A stretch of DNA of 64,000 nucleotides from Lama guanicoe (lineage: Eukaryota): positions 2,605,104-2,669,103 of the forward strand of contig MU054098.1 in assembly GCA_013239625.1 (NCBI GenBank), given 5' to 3'. This document shows, piece after piece, positions 53,801-64,000 of this stretch (positions are counted from its first letter, which is position 1; each line of letters starts with the position of its first letter). The translations under genes and the position numbers were made by a program. Under the pieces are notes generated by a model. That model was not told the DNA's origin. It did not search any database and saw only the letters and a program-made list of their open reading frames with translations.

Positions 53801-55303
53801 GCCTGCCCTGACTTCAAATGGGCACTGCCAGGTCCTAGCTAGACGTTCCTAGCAGAACCAGGCTCCTGAACCCCATTTCTTCCCCATTTTTGACACTCTG
53901 CCTGGCTCTGTGATGTATTGTATTGCCTGGCCCTGGCTTGTAGAGTCTCCTGGAAATTCAGATCCTGTGATAGGTCTGACTTGCCATATTCTGGTTCTTG
54001 TTCCCTGGCCCTCAAAGTCCAGACTCTCATCTTACTGTTGATGCTCAAATGCTTCACCATCTGGCACTTACTTTCATCAAACAGAAAACAAGATTTCTTC
54101 CTTCTTGGCTAGATCTCAAGTAATCTGATGCTGAGAAGAGAGTGGAAGGTAGCCACAGTGATTAAAGAAGAGCCATCTAACAGGTTGAAAAGGGCCATGT
54201 GCATGTTGTCCAGGCAGCCCAAAAGGAGGCTGCCTGAGAATCAGGCCAGTGCAGAGCACAACCTTCATCAAAATTTACTGACCCCTGCTGTGCAGCATGC
54301 TGAATGCACAATTGTCAACAGGATTGGAATCTTCTAGACCTTAATCCAATGATAACAGGAATAGTAATATGTATTTGTTCATGTATTTAACAAATATTGT
54401 TGAGTGCCTATTATGTGTCAGGGTCTTAGTAGCTGTATGTCTGTCTCTTCCCTCATAGAGCTTACTTTCTAGTGAGGGTGAACAGAAAATAAACATTTAA
54501 ACAAAACATTACTTAATAATAGAATTTTAGGGAAATTTAAGTGCTACCAAAAAATTAAATGAGACAACAAGATAGAGAATAACTGGTGAACCTACTTTAG
54601 GTAGAGTGACCAAGGGGAGCCTCTCTGAGAAAGTGACATTCAAGCTGAGGCCTCAGTGATGATAAGGAGACAGCCATGCAAAGATCTGGGGTAAGGCCAC
54701 TCCCAGACAGAGGGCAAGCTTTATAACATTTCCCATACCCCCACAATGAACCCAAGAACAAATCCCTAAGCCTCCCAAAATACACTGGGCTATAAAAATA
54801 ACACATTTTGAGTAACTGAAAATGTACATCTATTCTTAAAGTAGCATTTCTTAACTTCTGTGCCTCTTCCACACGCTTGGAAAATGGGTGATTTGTACCA
54901 CTCAGAAGCTGGCTGTATTTTATTACTGTATGCACAGATTTCTGGATATGAGGCAAAAGAAACCTTGGACACCAAAACCATATCATTGCAAAAGTTACAT
55001 ATTCAGATGTGGAGACTATGAGAGGAAACAGTAATTTGTGAAGCCATCTAATACAGGATAATGTAGTAGTTTGGGGAAGCCAGAAGAACCTGGATTTGAA
55101 TTCTGTCTGAACACTATAGCTGGGTGACCTTGGGCAAGTCCTTCAATCTCTCAACCTCTGTTTCCTCAGCATTAACAATAAAGTTTTTCTAAGGGTCATA
55201 ATGATAATGTACGTTAAAGTGCCTGCTATGCTTATACAGTAAGTTCTCAATAATTGTTAGCTAATATACAATTAAAAATAATTCATAGGAATGTTAATTC
55301 AAG

Positions 55304-55440
55304 GTGGGAGGGTATAGCTCAGTGGTAGAGTGCATGCTTAACATGCACAAGGTCCTGAGTTTGATCCCCAGTGCCTCCACTAAAAAATAAATAAACTTAA
55401 TTACCTCCACCCACAAAAAAAAAGAGCTTAAAAAAAAAGA
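55304..55440 (+). mobile_element. tRNA-derived SINE (Vic-1 type) with TSD
   Basis: GGGAGGGTATAGCTCAGTGGTAGAGTGCATGCTTAAC... TSD AATGTTAATTCAAG at 55290-55303 and 55441-55454. Confidence 0.88.
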
Positions 55441-55958
55441 AATGTTAATTCAAGAATCCTTAAGCTCTTCCATTGAGCATAGCGCCATTCTGGGCCCTGT
55501 GGGAATCACAAAGTAAGTATCAGAAACGGTATGTTGCTCATGTTCACTTAGCTGGCAAGTGTCAGAGCTGAGTTTTTAACCCAGGGCAATCTAATCTGAG
55601 CACCATATTCTTAACCACTGCACTTACTGCCTCTATGTAATTAGAAAGTTGGTAGATCACATGGTCTGAAGATGAAGGAGAAAGTTTGGTGGAAGAAGTA
55701 GCCCTTGAAATAAGTCTTGGAAGATCATAGGCTCTGTGTAGATTGAGAAGAGGGAGATAGTATTCCAGATGGAAAGGCAAAACGTAAGACATAGAAGTGG
55801 GAACGAACAAACGGACCTGGCTGGTTTGTGTTGGGGAAGAGACCAAAATATGTGAGATCATCAGGCTACCTGTTGGGATGCAAATTGGGCAGTCTCCTTA
55901 TTAATTAAGCAGGTCCCCTCACGTTTTTGCTCTTTTCTGGCTCTTCCTAGATAATTAA

Positions 55959-56204
<246 letters not shown>

Positions 56205-56955
56205 TGATCACCTTGGTTTCAGGAGTGATCACAGTGGCCTGGAGCCCACTGGAAACAATGAAACAGTCCATCTGCCTTAGTTATTTTACGTTAGCTTTCC
56301 CAGCTATTAGATTCAATTCTTTCTTTCCAAGGCACCTCAGTTTGGACTCTTAGTGCATTAAATCTCAGTAATTTAGATGTTAATAAGACTTCCTGGTTAT
56401 CTGTTAAAGTTATGTTTAAATCTCTGAATTCATTTTCTTGCCTTAGTAAGAAGAGCTCAGGAGGTATGAGCAGTTTGGCTACAACATGCCCCCTCACTAA
56501 TCTCCATGGTTGATTGAGCTGACCCAGTTATCTAGACAAGAGGGCCTTATCTCCATTTTCACTGCAGACATCTCCCTCCCAAAACTGAGCAGTTCATTGC
56601 CAAGGACAAACTTCTCAGAGAGTGGCTATATTTTTTTATCAACAATATAACAGTAACTGCAGTCCACTGTGAGATGCTCTTAAGTAGAGTTTAATGCTGA
56701 ATCTTTTTTGACCATTGTTATCATTTGAATCAGTAGCATTATTAATCTAAACTAGAAATGGTCAAGGTTATATAGGATACGAGATCAATCCAAGCCCTGT
56801 TCTGGTTTTTGATGTCAAAATAAACATCTAGCTTATCTTCTTATGATCTACCTCTCATTTATAGAAATGGAGTATTAGCAAAGGAGTTCTGGATATCTGA
56901 GGTCCTGTTTAGTTAGGTATCAGTGAATGTGGAATGTTTAGTTTTATATAGATAC

Positions 56956-56974
56956 GTGTGTGTGCATATATATA

Positions 56975-57016
<42 letters not shown>
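56956..57016. repeat. Compound (TG)n(TA)n(TG)n microsatellite
   Basis: Direct reading. Other dinucleotide runs near 24750-24784, 30737-30757, 41402-41430, 57569-57600 and 63634-63671. Confidence 0.95.
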
Positions 57017-57019
<3 letters not shown>

Positions 57020-57430
57020 CTATATTTTCTTCATCCATCTGTCAATGGACACTTAAGTTGTTTCCATGTCTTGGCTATTGTGAATAATGTTGCAGTGAAC
57101 ATGGAGGTGAAGATAGCTCTTCAAGACAGTGATTTCATTTCCTTCCGATAAATACCCAGAAATGCAATTTCTGGACCATATGGTAGTTCTACTTTTAATT
57201 TTTTGAAGAACCTCCATGCTGTTTTCCATAGTTGCTATACTAATTTACATTCCCACTAACAGCACACAAGAGGTCCCTTTTCTCCACACCCTCACCACCA
57301 CTTGTCATCTTTTATCTTTTTTATAATAGCCATTCTAGCAGGTATGAGGTAATATTTCATCGTGATTTTGATTTACACTTCCCTGATGATGATCACCTTT
57401 TCATGTACCTGTTGGGCATTTGTATATTTG
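57020..57430 (-). mobile_element. L1 ORF2 3' fragment
   Basis: CATCCATCTGTCAATGGACACTTAAGTTGTTTCCATGTCTTGGCTATTGTGAATAATGTTGC is typical antisense L1. Confidence 0.85.
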
Positions 57431-57565
57431 ACTCGATGATCTTTAATATCCCTGCCAGCTCTGATATTCCATGAGTCTGAATGTCTATAGATCAAGAGGA
57501 TAGACTCTCAAGGTCCCATCTACCTTGAAATTCAATCTGTTGCTTTTGAAGTGGAATATAGTTCA

Positions 57566-57602
<37 letters not shown>

Positions 57603-59662
57603 TCAAACCAACTAGATCAAGAACTCTGAAACAATCTATGCTCACTCCTAGCCTATCTCTATAAGAGAGAAAGGCATAGAACCTGAAGGGTTTATTTTTC
57701 CACCACTTTGCCTATCATTCAAACCCCCTACCCCTACCAAAGATGGCAATATCCATGCTGAGGCATTTGTCATTTCCTCCCTGGGTGTCTTGAGCTGACT
57801 GCTCCTAATGGCAGTGGAAAGGGAGATGTTTTCTTGTCACCTAATACAGGGCTGTGGTGTCTCCCACTGAGCTCAGTGACATTTTGCTAGGAAGGGTAGA
57901 AATCTTCAACTCCAGCTCTCTTGTCACCACCTGCTGGTGGTAAGTGGTGCTTTAATTCCACCTACCACTGCACCTGAAGGAAACACCTCAACTTGAGAGA
58001 GCTCGGGGGTGGGGGGAGGTTTGCAGGGAGATGGCCTTAGTAGGGTCTGTGCCATCTCACACATCTAGAGTCATGTCCAACCATTCTGAATACTACCTGC
58101 TGCTTTGGGATCCTCTGTTAATGTGTCTTTACCATTTGGAACTGGATCCAGTGGGATCCTGATATTGGACAACCTGATTCCAAAAATATTTGGATCTGTT
58201 CACATGGTAAAGACCAGCAAGTAGGTTTGATTCCACTTGCAACATCTCCACTTCAGTAGTGAATGCAGTTTTTAGAAAGACCCAGGTATGGAGGAAAGGA
58301 TACAAGAAAGGAGGCTACTGAAGACAAATCTCTCCTACTTCAAAAGGTATCCCAGGCGGACTGAGTCTACATAGAGACTCAGTTGTTGATGTGCTTCACT
58401 GTGAATCTGTTCAGTGTATATTCTAGGACCAGGCTCAAGAATGCCAGGTAGTAGCCTTCCCTTGAAGGGTTGAGCTCTCACTCAGTGTTCCGTGCAGGAT
58501 GCAGAGCTGCTGGTGAAGTGAGCAGATGGCTCTGTAGCAATTCATATTTCTATGACAAAAGAGGCTCCACTGCAGGAGCGGATCGTCAGCCTCAAGATAT
58601 GGGGAAGGGGGGATCACCCCAGGCCCATGCTCTGTGGTCCAAGCATCAACCGGTGAAACTGGCCATATTGTATATTATTATTACTGTCGTTTGCAATTAG
58701 CAGTGATTTACTCTCCTCCCTTTATCTTTATATCTCCCTTGAGCTGCTTATTTCCCTCTGTGACACTTTTTAAAACACATCTACCTCGTCACTGCCATTC
58801 CTGATGTGTACGCTCCCAGTTGCATCAAGTGAAGCTTCCCTGGATACCATCATAATCAAGTCATCACCAGTCCCACAAAAGTCATTTACCATAAGCCCTA
58901 TATCTACCCCATCTTACCCACAAGGGGCATTTCTGTTGCCCGAGATTGGTCCTCACAAAATATGAGGCTCATGATAACCTGTGATAGAGCTTCACTCAGC
59001 AAGTTAATAAGAACCCTCGGTCTGTTTGGCTGCTGTGAAGTGTTCACTCAATGCCAAGAGCAAGTCAGCAGCGCTTGCCTCACTGAGCTACAGCTGCTGG
59101 ATGGCTTGCAGACAGGTCGTATACATAGGACTGGTTTTCTCCCTTGGGGTGGCAGCATTTGGAGGCTAAGATGATGGATGGACTCTCCCACTTTGAAAGA
59201 CAGACTTGCAAATGTAGACATGAGACAGGAAAAAAAAATCCCTGGCACTGCAAAAACAGCGGGCAAGGCTGGAAGGGGCCACTGCACATCATGGAAGTGC
59301 CAGGCAGGGCAGGTGGTCCCCCCGCTTTCCCCCAGTCATCTGGGACCAACCTCAGACTCTCAAAGCTCAGAGAAGAAGGCAGCACTTCACACACAACACT
59401 GTGATTTGTAACCCTGTAACCAAGCAGATAACCAACTGCTATGCACTGATATGGCACCTGCTTGTGAAAATATTAAAAGATTTTCATACCAGCTGGTAAA
59501 TAGCCACCACTCCAGCTGTTCCCTCTGGGACATTTCCAGGCTGCCCCACAATCCACCAAGTAAAGGGTAACACCTGGAGCAGCAGGTATTCTCCATGCCC
59601 TGGTCCAGCGCTTCTGTTGGCATACCTTTTGATTGTTCAGTTTCTCAAATAGTTTGAAGATT

Positions 59663-60150
59663 ATTGTAGTAGTCACAATGCTACAATGCTCCCCCAAGAT
59701 TTCCCGTCCTAATCATTAGGACTGTGAATATGATGAGATAGCACACTTGTGATTACCTTGCATTCCATGGCAAAAGGGATTTTGCAGATGTAATTAAGGT
59801 TACTACCCAAGGAGGTGATCCAGGTGGGCCTAATCTAATCATATGAGTCCTTTAAAAACAGTTTTCTTCTGCTAGCAGCAGAAGAGGATGTCAGAGGTTT
59901 GAAGCCCAAGGGGGATCTGATGTGCCATTGATGGCTTGAAGATGGTGGGATCCATGTGGTAAAACATGTGGGCAGCCTCTTGGAGATGAGAGTGGGCCCC
60001 AGCTGACAGCCTGCAAGGAAGTGGGGACCTCAGTTCTACTACCACAAAGAATGAATTCTGCCAACAACAGAAATGAACTTGAAAAAGATTCCTCTCCAAA
60101 GCCGCAAGATTACAGCTCAGCTATGCTGACACCTTGATTTCAGCCTTGGG
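59663..60150 (+). mobile_element. MaLR MLT1 (MLT1D-like) LTR
   Basis: ATGGCAAAAGGGATTTTGCAGATGTAATTAAGG...CCAGGTGGGCCTAATCTAATCA...GACACCTTGATTTCAGCCTTG. Confidence 0.8.
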
Positions 60151-60985
60151 AAGGACAGTGTGACTGGAGTGGAGTGCACAAAGGGCAGAGAAGTAGGAGA
60201 TGATGTCAGAGAAGTAATGGGGTTGATGAATAGATCATGTAGGCCCTGGTAGACCTTTGCAAAGACTGGCTTCTACTCAATGAAATAGGGAGCCAGTGGA
60301 TGGTTTTAAACAGAGGAGGTACCTGATCTAACTTGAATTTTAATAAGATTGCTGTGACTAATTGAGAAAAAATGGAAGTGGTGGAAGGGCTAAGACCGAG
60401 ACAAATTATGAGACCATTTTATTGACTCAGACAAGAGCTGATGGTGGCTCAGACTTGGGTGGTCATGATGGGCATGATGAAAAATGGTCAGATTTTAGAT
60501 CTATTTTGGAAATAGATCCCTTTGCTGTTGGAGATGTGGGGCGTGAGCAAAAGAGAGGAGTCAAGGATGACAAGAAGATCTGGGGCCTTGAGTAACTAGA
60601 AGAGTGAAGTTATCTTTACTAAGTTGGGGAAGAGTGGGAATGGAGCAGGCTTGGGATGCGGCAGAGATCCAGAGCTGGGTTTTAGACATATAGAGTTAGA
60701 AATGCCTGTGAGACATCTGACTGGAGGTGGTGGGTATGCAGTGGTCTATAAGTCTAGAGGAGAGACTGGAGACAGAGATTTGGGAGTCACCAGCATGTGC
60801 ATAGTATTTAAAGCCATGGGACTTGGTGAGATCACTAAGGGAGTGATTATGGGTAGAAAAGAAAAGAGATCCAGAAATGAGGCCCAGCGGACTCCAGTGT
60901 GTAGAGGTTGGAAAGGCAGAATTGATCGTCCAAAGAAACTGAGAAAGAACAATCAGAGAGGTAAGAGAAAAACCAGAATAGTGGA
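60151..60985 (-). mobile_element. L2 LINE fragment
   Basis: AGAGAGGAGTCAAGGATGAC, TTTGGGAGTCACCAGCAT, TTTAAAGCCATGGGACTTGGTGAGATCAC. Confidence 0.8.
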
Positions 60986-62014
60986 CTATACCATGATACT
61001 GTATTATCCCCAGGATGCTGATAAAGCCATATGCTGGAGAGTGGTAGAGCCTGGATTTGAATTGAGGTAGTCTAACCCCAAGGCCCAAGCACAGAATCAT
61101 TGTCCTATCACATAGACACTTACTGTGAGGCCCAGAAGCATCAGAAACGCACTTTCCCTACAAGGTCCCTAACACACCTTCTTGCGTGCCCTAGTTATAG
61201 CACAACTCTGAATTGACCAATCTCCTTGTCCTACCAGTTTCAGTGACTATAGATTTCATTTAGACTGACACTTCATCACTGACACTTCATCCAGTATGCC
61301 TGTGTCTGTCTCTTAGTACTCAAGAACTGTGTCTCAAGAAAACAGAATAAAACATAAACCCTGCCAACTCAGTCATCTAAGGGATAGTGTATCCCCTTCC
61401 CAGGTGAAGGAGCTATTCAGCTTGCAGAAATGCTATGACATTGGAGCAAAGCCATTTCAAATTTTAATAACTGTCTCTTCCCTTTGGGTTGCCCTCGAGC
61501 CATCTAGATACTGATTTTCCTCAGTGAAGCTTGGACTTTTCCTTGTTGCCAAACCATTGTCTGGAATCTGATCAGGAATTGCTACACTTCACTAACAAGA
61601 AAACAAACATTCAGAATGGCAGAGGATATTTTAATAGTGCCCACCACCCGCCCCCCTGGGGTAATGTGGAACCTATGAAAACCTGCTGATAATCCCAATT
61701 TCAGTCAACAATCTACATTTTCTGGTAGGTTCTGAAAAATCCACAAGGGCTAGGTGCTATAAATGATATAAAGGTAAAAACACAGTTCCTGCCTTTAGGG
61801 AGCTTAAGGTCCGCAGGGAAAAGTCTGATTTGAGTGAAATAACAATAGCGCTACTACAGGAGCATGTAATAGCCGTGATGACAGACTGCATGCGCTCAGC
61901 AGCAGTCACACTGCCTGGATTTGAAAGCTGTATTGCCACTTCACGTAGTTTGGGGCAACTTAACCCCTTTCTGTCTCATCTGACTTCTTTGTAGAATGGG
62001 GATGAATCATGAGG

Positions 62015-62530
62015 CTTTTCATCTGCGGCTTACTCTCAGATCCATTCCCTGTTCACGCCCTGCTCTGTTCCGTATCACGGGAACTACATTCTCCACAGCC
62101 CTTTGCCATTTGCTTGAGGCGGGGTGGGGGTGACCAACTAGAAGGTAGGAAAAAGAGAGTCTAGAAAGTCTGTTTCATCCCCACCCCCAACCTCACTTTT
62201 TGTGGCACTTCCCGCAGCAGCCATGTTTCCCATGGGGCAGGTATCCCCTCCCTCTTTGGCCCCAGCTTCTGCAGGGCAGCCCCATCGTGGCTCTAGCTCC
62301 CACCGGATAGCCCAGGTCTCCGCGCTCTGGCAACACCACTCACCACGTCTTCCAGCTGTCCCTCCACCGCTAGGGATGAGAGGGGCTTCCTGTTGCGGCT
62401 AATCTCGGAGTTGCCTCACTGCCGCTTGTTCGGTTGCTCAGCTCTTCCATCACCTGTGACTAATCTCTGTATTAAATCCTCTATGTTTGACAGGCTTAAA
62501 GTGATTTGTTTTTCTGGCTAACCGCCCCCA
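62015..62530 (+). mobile_element. ERVL solo LTR (LTR33-like) inserted in a MIR
   Basis: CTCAGATCCATTCCC...GGGAACTACATTC...TGTATTAAATCCTCTATGTTTGA; MIR-like sequence on both sides. Confidence 0.6.
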
Positions 62531-63634
62531 ACCAGTATCTATCTGACTGGGTTGTTGTGAGGTTGATTTGGAAAGTACCAACTGAGCCGAGCCTTGAAGG
62601 TCCAACTTGGAAAGACAGAAAAGTGGAGGTGAATTTCAGATCTCATTTCTGGCAGGGAAAAATCTTACACACTGTCAAGGATTGGCCAGGTGTTTACTGG
62701 GGGCAGTAGGAGTGTAGGAGCTGGCCTCACTGCTTTCTGCCTCCCATCCTCTGAAAATATCTTCAAATGGGAAGGAAGTTCTCCCTTGCCAATGGGGAAT
62801 ATGTCCCAGCAAGGAGGAGAAGCGTGGAAAGGAGTCACATCTCTAGGAGCTGGATGACAAAGTTTAGAGCCTACCTTTGGAAAAATAATTTTTAAAAATG
62901 AGGTCTGCTTTGGTGGCTTCGCACATCCCTATCCTGTGTCCTCGAGCTGCTGTCTACCTGGCTTAGCACAGTACCCCGGGCTAACTGCCTTACCTTACCT
63001 GGACCTGATCTGGACAAGCCTCTGGTCTCCACTTCTTGTCCCAAGCTGAGGTATTTCTCAGTTTCCTAAGGTTTAGAGAAATCAGTAATAAGAACACCAT
63101 GAGTATCTGGCATAGAGACAAGCCTTTACTGAATCCCAGGCCTTCCTATCTATTATCATTTGAACAACTATCAGTAATAACTACCACTTGATGATGCACA
63201 CTTACCATATGCCAGACACTATATAAAGCACTTTTAAGGTATATTTTCTCATTAAATCCTTACAGCCACCTGAGGTAGGTACTATTACCAATTCAATTGT
63301 ATAGGTAAGGAAACTGAGGCACAGGTATGAAAGTGACTGGCTCAAGGGCCCATTCTTAATAAGGGCACCAGCAGCTGTCTGACCCAGAGCCATAATTACG
63401 CCAAACCTCCTCCTTTCCTGCATCCCAGCCCCCTGGGCCCTGATGCACACCCTCCAGCCCACCCCCACCCAATCTCAGACTCTCCCCAGCTTCACCCTTC
63501 CGTTTAGTTCACTGATACGCTGACTAGACCCTAGGTTCCAACCAGAGGGATCCTTTAAGGAGGCTTTTCCTTGGTTCTGGAGATTGATTTATTCTGCTTC
63601 TCAGAGCAGAGAGTCCCTGTCCCCATCCCCCAAT

Positions 63635-63670
<36 letters not shown>

Positions 63671-64000
63671 ATGAGCTCTTTTTCTTTTCTTTTTCTTTTT
63701 TTTTCTGCCCAGTAGACTTCAAACTTCTGGTTTCTTCTTAGTTCTTCCCCTCATACTCTCAGCCTCCCCAGAGGAACAATCAAACAACCCACCTAAATTC
63801 ATCACACCCCCGAAGGCAAAAAGTTCAGAGCTACCAAGCTTATTTGCATGACAGGAATTCCTCATTCCGCTTACACATCCTGCCTTGGGACCTCTCGGCC
63901 CTGTTGCTTCCCAGACACCTCTTGGATGTTTGAAAGCCTCTCTTGAAATTATATCCACACCAACAAATGGACTGACTATCCATCCTCCAGCTTCAGGGGA

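Noticed and set aside
60624..61100. 148-aa and 134-aa ORFs
   Set aside because: They lie in a decayed L2 element and have no recognisable protein features.
61265..61291. 14-bp tandem duplication CTGACACTTCATCA
   Set aside because: An ordinary slippage event with no functional context.

Overview
Mammalian genomic DNA, very probably camelid because it carries Vic-1-type tRNA-derived SINEs. The window lies inside the TRPC5 cation-channel gene (X-linked in other eutherians). The + strand has four consecutive TRPC5 coding exons (38696-39032, 40398-40537, 45481-45803, 55985-56180; 996 nt in frame, all GT-AG), covering the pre-S1 region through the pore and S6. The - strand has the single-exon ORF of the nested antisense gene TRPC5OS (1567-1208). 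The rest is intron, rich in L1, L2, MIR, CR1, MaLR/ERVL and DNA-transposon fossils. The main observation comes from hand translation of the - strand: TRPC5OS sits inside a heavily decayed, same-strand class III (ERV-L/ERV-S-like) provirus. The order is RNase H and integrase remnants (about 3200-1920), a splice acceptor with a perfect TACTAAC branch point at the end of pol, the intact TRPC5OS ORF, then decayed glycoprotein-like frames running off the window. TRPC5OS may therefore be a co-opted retroviral accessory-type gene, or an ORF born in proviral DNA. Also notable: a 27-bp in-frame duplication in TRPC5OS, two candidate antisense promoters, a 1.2-kb palindrome-rich two-unit minisatellite, and a MER53 hairpin with a perfect 37-bp stem and a miR-1302-like arm. 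All family assignments are from memory of consensus sequences and need database confirmation.
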